Shown here: positions 22,600-34,811 of the stretch, piece after piece | How positions within the stretch are numbered: position 1 is the stretch's first letter | Layout of the letters: each line of letters starts with the position of its first letter | Assembly: GCA_032718475.1 (NCBI GenBank) | Contig: JAUCBJ010008562.1 | Span: 62,001 to 126,000 of the forward strand | Origin: Nemertoderma westbladi | Taxonomy: Eukaryota; Animalia; Xenacoelomorpha | Length of the DNA stretch: 64,000 bases | Reading direction: 5' to 3' | Position numbers and translations under genes: made by a program | The notes under the pieces: generated by a model | Databases searched by the model: none | What the model was told of the DNA's origin: nothing | The model's input: only the letters and a program-made list of their open reading frames with translations

Positions 22600-25500
22600 T
22601 TCCGACATTGGAAGTTGGTGCTTTCCAAGTTGGTTGTCTGTACGGAATAGTCGATTGGACTTCATTATCGGTTTCAGTCTCATACGTAAGCGCTCAATAC
22701 ACTGCGGTGCTTATCATATAACAGGATTCATTTTTGTCGGAGAATTCGTCCGTGTAGAATCCTTCCATCTCAGAGCTGTGGTCAGTATCGTTCACATCAC
22801 TGAATTGGACATGTAGTTCGGGCTCACTTACCTGACTCGTGCGGGTTCTTTCAAATTCTGTGTGCAGCAAGATATGATGTTTCGCGCCGCATTTAGCACA
22901 CCTTGCATCTGAGTAACAGGTCCGCCGTTGGTGTCCTTGTCTGAGACAATTATAACACAACCGCTTATCCCACATGACATCACGTCTATCCTTTAGGGAT
23001 TTCTTCAAGAATTCATCACATCCACTCAAGCGATGGGGCCCATCGCACAATGCACATTTTGGTTTGATGTTACTTACTTTAACCTGGGTTGTGTTGTGCA
23101 CACTTGTTCTTTCCTCGCGCTTTCTTCCATGAATTCTCTTAGGAGACGTGGGAGGAGTTGTTGTTACCTGTTCTCTCGTGTCACTGGTTCGAGACTTAGA
23201 TTTACTTACGTCTTTTCATGTTTTGTTGACATAATAAGATCTTTCGGTGTCTTTCCCGCTGTCCTCTTCTTGAGAAGCCTGGCTTTCTCCGTCGTTGGTA
23301 TAACACACTGGTGTTACCTTTCTCCTAGAAACGGGTTTCTCACTTACCTCATTTTCCGGTGTCTTCTCTCTGGACTGCTTTAGGAGCTGTAATTTTACTT
23401 CTCCATCTAAGAATAACATGAGATCAGCCATGGTAGGGTCTCGTCGTTGTTGTTCCATCACATATAACACTTTCTTATCCCAGCGTGTACCTACTCCACC
23501 CTTTGGTAAAGTAGAGGCCACGGCTCCAATAACTATAGAACTCTGATATTCATGAGACTTACCTAGCCAATCTAATTGTCTACAGATCTCCTGAATCTCA
23601 TCGGAAAACTCTATAATCCCGCTGCTAATGAACTTTCGGGGCGTTACCAATTTTGCATACAAATACCTAGCTATGTTATTCCTATTACCATACCTGATGT
23701 TTAGTGTATCCCAAACTTGTCTTAATCCATCTGGATGTCCAATAAACTTTAACGCCATTAACTTGGGAGATCCTTCCAAGCACTCGATGAGGAATCTAAG
23801 TTTCTCTCCATTAGATAGCACAGAGTTCTGTATGTTATCTTTGTAATATTCATTAAAAGGTAACCATTTCATCTCATCTCCATTGAACTTGACGATCTCT
23901 CCCACCTTTACTGCTTGACGGGCTTCGGTTCTAGCCATTTGACGCGTAAAACTTTCTTGGGCCATCGTATTATTTAATATCGAGTTATCAGTATATAAAT
24001 TTCTCGGATTATGATCAGGTCTATATGGAATATCATTATCAACAGGTTTATAATTACCCTCAATAGGGTTTACTAAAGGAGTTTCTACTTCACTAGCAGT
24101 ATAGGCTCCACACCTTGCGCATGAAATACATCAGACCTAACAGGTTGACACATTGATACAGGGGGTGGTGGCATATCCCTTTGTATATTTACTAATTTAT
24201 CGCACTCTAACGCGATACTCTGCTGCACTTCTTGCAACTCTAACCTACTCTCTCGTACTGTTCCCTTTAACTGCTGAACAGTCCCCTCCAACTCCTGGAC
24301 CTGCTTGGAGGAACATATACGATGTTCCTTCAGCTGCCCGAGCAGGAGACCCATCTCCCGCCATCCCTCATCCACCCACTCTACCGCCGAAGCGGGAGCC
24401 GCCAACATAGTAGCGGGTAGACGAGGGACGACGGGCGACAAATCGTTAATGTCTTGCTCGGCGTCCAGGACCGGTATTGATTCAGGGGCTGTTCTACTGG
24501 GCACAGGTAGTTTAGTACTGTGCAAAGGGAATTTAGAGTTAGGTTCTGGAAGTACAGGGGTCTCTATCACAGAGGGAGTGGCTTCAAGAACAGGCCTAAT
24601 TATTTCAGGCTCATCTACTATAGTAGGGAGTCTTTCTACTCTAATAATTTGGTCTGTAGGCTCAGGATTACTCAAATCTACACTAGCTAGTGCCCTTCTC
24701 ACAGATGGAGGCAAATTAGGCAATTTCTGCCGGTGCAGCGCCCTTCTACGTCGTCCGCTGGAACGAGATTTATTTCCTCTACCTTAAGGATCTGTTGTAT
24801 CGCCTTCATCAGAGGATGTAAATCCCTGTCTCTTGGGAGTAGATCGACTTAGCAGCTGCATCTGAGTAGCTGTTCTCTGTTTATTTAAGTAATCTTGCTT
24901 CACTTGAAGATTTTCCAACTCTAGTTGGGCTGTCTCTTCAGATGCCCTCCATTCTGCTTCTACCACTGCCTCTGCCGCTTTTCTTTCAGCTTCTACTGCC
25001 TTTCTTTCAACTTCTGCCGCTGCCGCTGCTGCTTTTCTTTCAGCTTCTGCCGCTGCCGCTGCCGCTTTTCTTTCAACTTCTGCCGCTGCCGCTGCCGCTG
25101 CCGCTGCCTTTCTGTCTTCTATCTGTTTTTTTCTTTAGTTGTTCTTCCTGTTCCATAAGGATGAGGATGCATTCATCAAATTTAGCCTGCTCAGCGGCCA
25201 ACATTTCCGCATCTAACGAGTCCAACACAAATTTGGCTCCCTCACTATTAGGGCGAAGTCCAGCTAGCCGTCTCCTTAGCTCCTTGTCTCCTATAAATCG
25301 TTGATAGTCCGACAGATAGATGTCAATAGCATCCTTCTTCTGAGGTTTCTCGGATATAGCTTCGCTCTCCACCTGAGAAAAGGTAGCGTCTGTTGATTCT
25401 CCGTGGGTCATGCGCTCGGTTAGCTGAGCTTTCCATTGTGTTGTTCCCTGGACTTTACGACTCACCCGTTGGAACCAAGTTTTTACGGCCACTTGCAAAG

Positions 25501-27418
25501 ACGTGTCTTGGCTTCTCTTAGAAGCTTCTTCAAAGGCCAAAAGGATTAGTCTGATCCGTAAAATTCGTTCTCGCACTTGATAAAGCAGCTCTCCCTGCTC
25601 TTGAGGTCCTTGGCGCTGTTGAAATAGGTGTTCCTCTAATCGCTCCAAAGAGCTGAAGAATCCCTGGACATATCCTGCTGCCGACCTCTTCCACACAGCT
25701 GGATCTCTAGTGTCCCTTACTACTCCCATCCTGTATAAGTCCTCCCAGGCAGCTTCCGATAAGTTAAACGGGAGTCCGGGTTCGGGGAAGTTCCATTGCG
25801 CCTCGACAATAGACCTCAGTTCCTCCATCGTGTATCCCGCATAACTGTCCCTGGTCGATCGCTTACTTCTCGCCCAATCGATTTGATGTTCTTCCACCGC
25901 GATCAATACTCTAGTGAGTACGGCTCCAGGAAGAATTAGAAGTGGATCTGGATAAACTAGTTGGATTGTTTCTTCAGATGCTTTCCGTTCTGCTTCTACC
26001 ACTGCCTCTGCCGCCTTTCTTTCCGCTTCTGCCGCTGCTACCTTTCTTTCAGCTTCTGCCGTTGCAGCTGCCGCTTTTCTTTCCGCTGCCTCTGTCGCTG
26101 CCGCTGCCTCAGCCTCTGCCTCTGCCGCTGCCACTTTTCTTTCAGCTTCTGCCGCTGCCGCTGCAGCTGCCGCCTTTCTTTGAACTTCTGCCGCTGCCGC
26201 TGCTGCTACCTTTCTGTCTTCTATCCGTTTTTTCTTTAATTGTTCTTCCTGTTCCCTAGCGAGGAGGATGCTTTCATCAAATTTAGCCTGCTCTGCGACT
26301 AACATTTCTGCATCTAATGCGTCTAACACAAATTTGGCTCCTTCACTAGTAGGGTGAAGTCCAGCCAGCCGTCTCCTCAACTCTTTGTCACCTATAAATC
26401 GTTGATAGTCCGACAGATAGATGTCAATAGCGTCCTTCTTCTGAGGTTTCCCCAATGTCGCTTCGCTTTCCACTTGAGAAAAGGTAGCGTCTGTTGATTC
26501 TCCGTGGGTTGAGCGCTCAGTTAGCTGAATTTTCCATTGGGATGTTCCTTGAACTTTAAGGCTCACCCGTTGGAACCAAGTCTTTATGGCAACTTGCAAC
26601 GACGTGTCTTGGCTTCTTTTCGAGGCTTCCTCAAAGGCCGATAGGATTAGTCTGATTCTTAGGATACATTCACGAACTTGATAAAGCAGCTCTCCCTGCT
26701 CTTGAGGTCCTTGGGGTTGTTGAAACAGTTGTTCCTCTAATCGCTCCAAAGAGCTGAGGAATCCCTGTACATATCCTGCTGCCGACCTCTTCCACACAGC
26801 TGGATCTCTAGTGTCCTTTACTAATCCCATCCTGTATAAGTCCTCCCAGGCAGCTTCCGATAAGTTAAAAGGGAGTCCGGGTCCGGGGAAGTTCCATTGC
26901 GTCTCGACAATAGACTTCAGTTCCTCCTTTGTGTATCCAGCATAACTGTCCTTGGTCGATCGCTTACTTCTCGCCCAATCAATTTGATGTTCCTCCACCG
27001 CAATCAATACTCTAGTGAGTACGGCTTCAGGAAGAATGAGAAGTGGATCCGAATAAACTGCATCTGCCATCTTTGCTCCGCGCTCGGGTGGCAACTCTAC
27101 AGTATCTGAACTACTGGAGCTATCGGGCCGCTGAGGAATAAGTTCTCGGTTCGGGTGCTGCTGCTGCTTAACAGCTGCTTCTTGGTCCCGCTTAACTTGA
27201 GCCCCAGTGCCTATAATAGATCTATGGTGCTTTACTAGCCTAGGGTCTGATACTACTACTGGAGGGATGACCCTTCTTACAGTAGGAGGGGACTTGGACT
27301 TTGGTCTGGGATGTTCTATACTTTGATCTGGGTCACAGATCTTTTTAAGACACTGTCTAACAGTCATTCTAACACTTTCTAAGAGACTATCTGACAGTGT
27401 TTGTTTTGTGTCAGACAT
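22600..27418 (-). CDS. gag: BEL/Pao Gag with very long N-terminal extension (disrupted)
   Basis: KFNGDEMKWLPF...KLRFLIECLEG...LNIRYG (DUF1759-type), triple knuckles CALC..H...C, CYNC..GH....C, CAKC..H...H; upstream ORFs 24085-24723 and 25073-27418. Confidence 0.85.
24930..27059 (-). repeat. Tandem ~1.1-kb (~367-aa) coding duplication
   Basis: VY(S/P)DPLLILP...EAERK module occurs twice, starting at ~27059 and ~25957. Confidence 0.92.
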
Positions 27419-29998
27419 GATTTAATTTACAGTTGAATGCCTACTACTATAATGACAGTTAAAGCAAATCTAGTAATTCAGTATCAACTGTAAGCCTAGT
27501 AATTAATTACCGGTACCATTACTCAGTGTAACGTGCTATATATAATTAATATTAAAATACCGGTATACACTTATAGTATATATATAAGTATTATTATAGA
27601 CTAGGATTAGTTACAGAATACTGGTATATAATTTCAGCCTAAATTTATAGAAATAAATATAATAAGCCTACCGTAAATACCGGTATTGTCAATTATTTTA
27701 TAATAACTGAATTTCTGAATTTTAGGGTTACTTCCCTTTTACTTTTTACTGTTATTAAGCAGTAGTTCAACTGATATTAAGACCTAATTGATGTATAACA
27801 GGCCTACTATTTTATAAATCGGTTTGAGTTGATTTATAATATATTATGTACCCGTACAAGGGTTTTTGACAATATTTGAAATAAATGTTATTATTTCTGG
27901 GTAAGGAGTCACTACACAGAAGCTGAACGCTCTCAGTGGAGTGCTACCTGTTAGACACTATAACGAATAATTATACTTTACTAAATTACTTATCACTACG
28001 AATTACTTACAATTACAGTTTGAGATTACAATCTCTAAATAAACACTAAAAGTTACACTTACAATTTGTTAGGGTAATTTTACAAGAAATCTACAAACCA
28101 GCCTAACAAAGAGTTAGAATTTCTGGTTCTTACAAACTGACAGGAACTACGGTATTTGAAAACAATTAAGCAGTAGTAAGTAAATTGCGTTGTCCAGATA
28201 AGAAAATACCACCATCTGATGACTTATAGTCTTAGCTCTATAAGTACTACGTTATGTACCCGGAGTGTCCTTACCTAGAAGTTAATTACCGCAGCCAACC
28301 AGAGCTAACGTGCCTATGAACCACTTTACAACACAAATATACTGCCTACACACAAAATTACTTTCGGAAAGCACTGTACTCTAAACCCTAAATTAGGTAC
28401 AAGTACTTATACAACAAATAACCAGCAGATAAATATACTTGAACAGCCAAAAGAACCACGGTATCTGCTGGAGTGACCGGAGCACAAAATCACCAGTCTT
28501 TACCTATGCCAAGCAGCCCTGATGTAGTACCAGGGTTAATTTAACTATAACGGTATGTATAACAAGCACAATTACTGTAGGAATAAAATTGGGGAATTGG
28601 AGGTTGCGAATACTCGCATAGACTCTGAATAATAAATACTACGCTACCCGTGCAGACTACACAAACAAAATACAGACCAAATGCTGGCAGACTACTGTCA
28701 AGCCTAAATAAACTACAGTATATGCAGACTCCGAAATGGTTAGTTAGTAGGCGTTCTAACCGAGTAGTACGACTTATTCTTTCGGGGGGGATTTACCTTA
28801 CAGCACTGGATGCCCCACCTTCCTAACTAGCACTTTATAGGACAGACACTCTACACACACTGCAATCGCTTCAGACCTAACAACAGTTAGAAAACAATCC
28901 GGCCTACAAATTATTTGTACAATCTGAGCAGGCTTACACGCCTTCTGCTCAATATTACACTTACAGATAAATAAAACTGACAGAAATAAGTAAACCATAC
29001 AAAGGAATAAGGGGTGATCAATCCCGAATCCCCTAACAGCCTACAATATACAATATATCACAATCGAACTAATACTGGGTACCGGTAAGTACCGGTTCGG
29101 GTGGTTAGGTTGTTAGGCCTACAGTTTACCGTCCGACCAGTACATTCGAATTTATTGCCTACGTGCAATCAAGAATCAAAACTATTAATGTTCGCGTTTT
29201 TAGACCTTTAGCAGTTTAACCTGCCAATTTTAGTTGTCTTTTTGTTTATAAATCGACTTTAGCCTAGATCAATTATTTAAGGTACTGAAGTTACATCCGC
29301 CGAAGCCAGTCTGTGCGCGACCATTCACCCACAGTTAAGGGAGAATGGATTCGGATGCTTTGATAGTGATTGCAGTGTAGACCTACTGTATTATTCGATT
29401 GATCGTTACTATATAATCTCTGACAATATATTTACTTTCGGGGAAATATTAACAGTTCCTTTAGGACGTGGCGCTTTAAGTATAAAAACAGAGTTATTGT
29501 AAAGGTTTGGACGTTGTCTTTGTTATGATGAAAATAATATAGTTTTGGTTCTGGTTTTTAATGTCTAACTTTCAACTAATAATTACGGTCTCCAAATATA
29601 ACTTTACCGGTAATTAAATCTATTCTATTTCTCTTTCTCTCTCTCTCTCTCTCCCTCTAATGAAAGTTACATGCAGTATTTAAGCAAGCTAGTGTTAGTG
29701 GTTTCTTGCAGCAGACATGTGAGATGTTAATCTGATAAATATCTGTTTAATTGACATCTACTGTATAAGGGCTATTATTGGGACTACATCTGTTTCGCAC
29801 ATGAAATCAACATGCTGTATCTTAAGTAAATAAATAAGGTGTTTTGCTTTGTAGAAAGATAGGTAAAATGTCTCGACTAACAATTTTATGAAAATACTAA
29901 ATTTGATTTTGTGATTAAATTATTTCTAAGCTTCCTTGACTATTCGGCATGCACTACACATCTCCCCCCATTAAGTTATGGAATAAGAATAACTAAAA

Positions 29999-32180
29999 CT
30001 AAGAGTCAAAGAAATGTACTCGCTTTCCGCTTCTAGTAGTAATGATGTTTCGCGGTTGAGATTGTGATTTATTTTCTTTGTTAGTTTTACTATGTAATAT
30101 CTTATGAGGTTTTAGTTTCTTGGTTGGAGGGGGTTTCTTATTAACGTTACCGGTATAACAAGGCTTTAAGCGGTCGATTGATATTCGTTGTTCTCCTCTA
30201 AGAGTTTCGATACAGAAATGTTTATCCGTTCTGCAGAGAACTGTAAATGGTCCTTGGTAAGGCACTTCTAATGGTTTGCGGACCCGATCGATTCTAACGA
30301 AAACTTTGTCACAAGTCTTTAATTGTGGTGGTAAGTATGTTTTCAACTTTGGGTTGCTCTCTTGGTAATCAGGAGCTTTACTGTCTACAGCAAATCCTAT
30401 TTCCGTTATATGCTTGTGAAGTGTCTTTACAAAGTCATAATTAAAAGTTGTATCTTTAGTAGTTAGTAAACAAGCTGGCAACAACGGCTGTGTTCCCGTT
30501 ACCAATTCAAATGGAGATACATTAGTAACGCTAGATGGCGTTATTCTGTGACTGAAAATAACTATTGGTAAGGACTCTAACCAATCTGATTTCCGTGCTT
30601 TGAGTGCAGCCTTTAAAACTTTATGGAATCGTTCTATTTTTCCGTTACTCTGGGGGTGGTAAGATGTGGCACGCATACGGTGGAAACCAATCAGCTTAGA
30701 GAGTTCAGCTAGTAATTCAGATTCAAATTGACCACCGCGATCTGTTGTGAGGTAAAGGGGCACTCCAAATCGAGAGACCTTTCTTTGTGTTCCGATGTCC
30801 ATTCACCTTCATTGAAATTTCGTTGTGGTTGTTTACGTTTCAGTGGTTGAGTTTTGTTTAAGAGAGATTGCAGGGGTGCTACAATCTGACTGAAATAAGG
30901 TATGTGTCGTCGATAGAATCCAAACATTCCCAGAACCCGTCGCAACTCAGTATAGCTACGTGGTTCTGGCATATCGACAAGGGATTTAACTCGTTTAGGT
31001 GGAGGTAAAATACCGTCGGCCGTCACTAAGAATCCAAGAAATAAGATTGATGGTTGTACCCATTGGCACTTGGCAAAGTTTATTTGCAGGTTGTGCTGAG
31101 TTAAACGTTCAAATACCTTTCTTAGGTGAATGTAATGAGTTGATATATCCTTAGAGTGAATCATAATATCATCGAGAAAAGGAAATACAAATTCCAAATC
31201 TCCGAGTACTTCATGTATATCCCTTTGAAAAGTTTGTGCAGCGTTTTTAAGACCATAGGGCATCCGTAAAAATTCAAAGAGACCAAAAGGGGTTGTAATA
31301 GCTGTCTTTGGAATATCTTCCTCTGCCACAGGAATTTGATGATATGCTTTAACGAGATCAATGGAGCTGAAAACTGTCGAACCTTTCAGTTTGCTATTAA
31401 AATGCTGTATGTGCGGCAGCGGATATTTATCACTTTGTGTAATGCGGTTCAAAGCTCTATAGTCTCCACATGGACGCCAATTATCAGTACTCCCCACCTT
31501 TGGTACCATATGTAATGGTGACGCCCAGGGACTACTTGAAGGGCGTATTATACCACGAGAACGCATATCCGCGAAAACTTGTTGAGCAATTAGTAGTTTG
31601 GTCCCACTAAGTTGACGTGGCTTTGCGTATGTGGGTTGGCATTGGTTGGTGATAATTCGATGCACAGTATTGTGTGGAGGTGTGTCGGTATGAATAATAT
31701 CATAATCAAATAACTTAGAATGTTCTTTGAAAAGACTGGATAATGTTGAATCAGGGTGGTCGATTTCCACTTTGAATGTAGATAGACTTTTCGATGTTGT
31801 TGGATTAAGATTGCATTTCAGTTTTGTATAATTATCCACGATTAGTTTATTTTTGCAGTCCAATAGCATGTCATAATTTGATAAGAAATCCAATCCCAAA
31901 ATGTTTTCTTCAACGTCGGCAACATAAAATATCCACGGAAATTCTCGTCGGAGGAAATTAATTCGGACATGAACTTTTCCGTGGACATTTATGTTATTGC
32001 CTGAAATTGCTGTGAGTTTTGCATCCGTATTGTCCCATAGTAAGCTTCTAATAAACGAGGAAGGTTTTAGTATGGATACTTGTGAGCTGGTGTCTATAAG
32101 AAAAGATAAGGATTGGTGGCTGTTGTTTATATGGTTTATTGCTGCGGTTAATTTGAAAACGGCAGCTCCCTCAGAACTAG
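29999..32180 (-). pseudogene. pol: Gypsy pol: protease, RT and integrase core; RNase H and IN zinc finger deleted at ~30780
   Basis: [38 protein letters not shown]; joined directly to [28 protein letters not shown]. Confidence 0.9.
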
Positions 32181-32201
32181 CAGCAAATGTTCTGAGGGCA
32201 G

Positions 32202-33059
32202 TTAGTTTTCCTGCCCCTGGGTATCAGGGGAAGGAGATGTCGAGCGCGATGCAGGGCGTGAGTTTGGTCGGGAAGATGGTTGCATTCGACGCGGTTTTTC
32301 TCCCGGCCAAAGACACCATGGCGTGCATGTATTCGCTTTTGTTCCATAATATACATGGTATCGGCAGATTTTTGGACGTTGCCCTTCGCTGAACGGGAAT
32401 ATAGCTCCGACTTTTGAGGTAGAAGTGACAGGGTAGGGTGCTCTTGCTCTGTAAGTGTTGCTAACACCTCTGAAAACATCACCACTGGTATTAACATAGT
32501 TTGGGTGTTGAACTCTGGCGACATCATATGAAGTACTTGGTTGAGGGATTCCACTTGTAAATTGGAGGATGGTGTCCGCCAGTGTTGCGAAATCTTCGGG
32601 TGGTAGACCCTGATGAGCAATCAAAGCAGAACGCACCGATACTGGAAGTGCTTGTAAGAGTTTGTGCCGAACTAGGTCGTCATCCGCCGTTAAGTTACAT
32701 TCTCGTAATTTTCTTTTTATACGCAGATACACTAAGGAGGGCTTTTGGCCGTCTAAAGTTACCTGTCCAAGGGCTTCCTCCAATAATTCAGTTTTCGATT
32801 TCTGATAGAGTTGGAGAATGGTAGATTTAATATCGTCATATGATTGAATGTCCGTGGAAATGTTTAAAGCGACGTCTTCTGGCAAATTCGCCATAACGTG
32901 GTGAAATTTGGTTACCTCGCTTGTAATGTTGGCTAATGTAAAGTGGGATTCCAACATTCTGAACCAAACGCTGGGGTTAGAACGGAAGAACACCGGGGGT
33001 TTAACGGAAACGCGAGCGACGTTTACAGCGTTACCATCATTTTCGCCGTCACCATCCAT
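32202..33059 (-). CDS. gag: Gypsy Gag with CHCC motif
   Basis: [14 protein letters not shown]; [18 protein letters not shown]; ends in GGAAAAC-TAA, a probable gag-pol frameshift site. Confidence 0.9.
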   Translation of the reverse strand: MDGDGENDGNAVNVARVSVKPPVFFRSNPSVWFRMLESHFTLANITSEVTKFHHVMANLPEDVALNISTDIQSYDDIKSTILQLYQKSKTELLEEALGQVTLDGQKPSLVYLRIKRKLRECNLTADDDLVRHKLLQALPVSVRSALIAHQGLPPEDFATLADTILQFTSGIPQPSTSYDVARVQHPNYVNTSGDVFRGVSNTYRARAPYPVTSTSKVGAIFPFSEGQRPKICRYHVYYGTKANTCTPWCLWPGEKPRRMQPSSRPNSRPASRSTSPSPDTQGQEN

Positions 33060-33619
33060 GATGTATTCGATAAGAGTTAATCAGTAACTGAGTTTCGAGA
33101 GAGTTTTTCCCATCTGGAGTTGAAGGTAGTAGTAATAAGGTCCAAGATCCGGGTCACCAATGTAAAGGTTTGGACGTTGTCTTTGTTATGATGAAAATAA
33201 TATAGTTTTGGTTCTGGTTTTTAATATCTAACTTTCAACTAATAATTACGGTCTCCAAATATAACTTTACCGGTAATTAAATCTATTCTATTTCTCTTTC
33301 TCTCTCTCTCCCTCTAATGAAAGTTACATGCAGTATTTAAGCAAGCTAGTGTTAGTGGTTTCTTGCAGCAGACATGTGAGATGTTAATCTGATAAATATC
33401 TGTTTAATTGACATCTACTGTATAAGGGCTATTATTGGGACTACATCTGTTTCGCACATGAAATCAACATGCTGTATCTTAAGTAAATAAATAAGGTGTT
33501 TTGCTTTGTAGAAAGATAGGTAAAATGTCTCGACTAACAATTTTATGAAAATACTAAATTTGATTTTGTGATTAAATTATTTCTAAGCTTCCTTGACTAT
33601 TCGGCATGCACTACATTAT

Positions 33620-34433
33620 GACTTATACGAATCACAACTAGATGGCTACTGAGTTTCGTAAAAAGCGCATTCTTTAGGAGATGCTTTATTAACCTTCACA
33701 CTACTTCACACGGCTTCACACTACTCCACACTGATCTGCCGACCGTCACTGAATTTGATCATATATAAGGAGGATCGCAACTGACACATGTAGGGATTAT
33801 TAAATAGCATTTAATTCACACAAAAAACCACTATAATGTAAGTCGCAGTTGCTACCGGTAAACCTGTTCCTCTAACCTTCAGTAATCAAGAAGATTGTGG
33901 GGTTTTATGATTATTCATCGGTATTATCCAAATATATCAGCAATATATATCCATATAACAACAATTAATAACAGAAGTAAAATAATGCGGTGAACAATCA
34001 GTATGTGTTACATACTAGTTATAAATGCAGAGTTCAATGAGTCAGTATGTCGGTAGGTGCCGAGATAATAGATTTACGTTCTTGTAATCAAAGCCATCAG
34101 ATGTTTAGGCCAAAGTCTGAAACTTCCAAAACAGGAGCACAGAAGAATTCTAAGCCGATTCTCTGGCTCAGAAAGGTAAACAAAGACCGTAATGCATTGC
34201 CCGGTTTTCCGTAGGCCTCTGTCAAAAATAAAGTGAAAATCGCTCTGATTGGCTGATCAGAACAAAGAGGTTCCACGTCTACAGGAAACCAGCTGACAGA
34301 TTTCGTCATCTGAGCTCCAATCTTTTAGAGTATTATGCGCATTGCGGCAAAAATGACTTGTTATGTCCGCTAAAGCACCTACACCGTGCATTGCGGGGAA
34401 AAATGACTTGTTATGTCCGCAAAAGCTTTTACA
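33620..34433 (-). promoter_or_regulatory. BEL 5' LTR with promoter and polyA signal
   Basis: Minus-strand CCAAT (~34250), TATATA (~33765), TCAGT initiator ~30 nt downstream, AATAAA (33685-33690). Confidence 0.65.
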
Positions 34434-34811
34434 AGTAACTACTGTAATAGTTATTTGATCATTTATGGCGATATTTAATTTGGGTTGTATTAATTTTGGT
34501 TATTATTATTAATTTGTATTAAATACACAATTTTTGAAAATTTTTCGCTTGTTTCTAAGCTGGTAACGTCACACAAATCCGCTTCCACGATTGAGTATTG
34601 TCGTTAGTAATTAGTCACTTATTTTGAATTATTTAAGTTTTAAGTAAAATAATTTACTGTTAAATTAAATTGTTGCACATGTCGCGATCATATACAACGT
34701 ACAATTAACATAAGTAGGTTTTGTTGCTACAGAGCACTTGTAGTCTAATGCTAATACCTACGCTATATTAAATGGCTAATATACTCAATCGTAACCTTCT
34801 ACAAGACGTTT

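Larger units (their letters stand above)
29498..33615 (-). mobile_element. CsRn1/Kabuki-type Gypsy element, internally deleted, nested in the BEL 5' LTR region
   Basis: LTRs 29498-29958 and 33161-33615 (TG..CA; 1 substitution + CT-repeat indel); TSD TTAT; PBS TGGTGACCC (tRNA-Trp type) ending at 33159; PPT GGGGGGAG. Confidence 0.95.
12216..34433 (-). mobile_element. Giant BEL/Pao LTR retrotransposon (~17 kb after removing nested inserts)
   Basis: Direct repeat 12216-12643 / 34006-34433 (~11 differences in 428 bp) starting TGTAAAAG on the minus strand. It brackets gag-PR-RT-RH-IN and an extra 3' ORF. Short purine-rich GGGAGCGG precedes the 3' copy. Confidence 0.8.

Noticed and set aside
28217-32620. 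CTGATGA hammerhead cores (28217, 32611)
   Set aside because: No flanking stems or correctly placed GAAA; one lies inside gag coding sequence.
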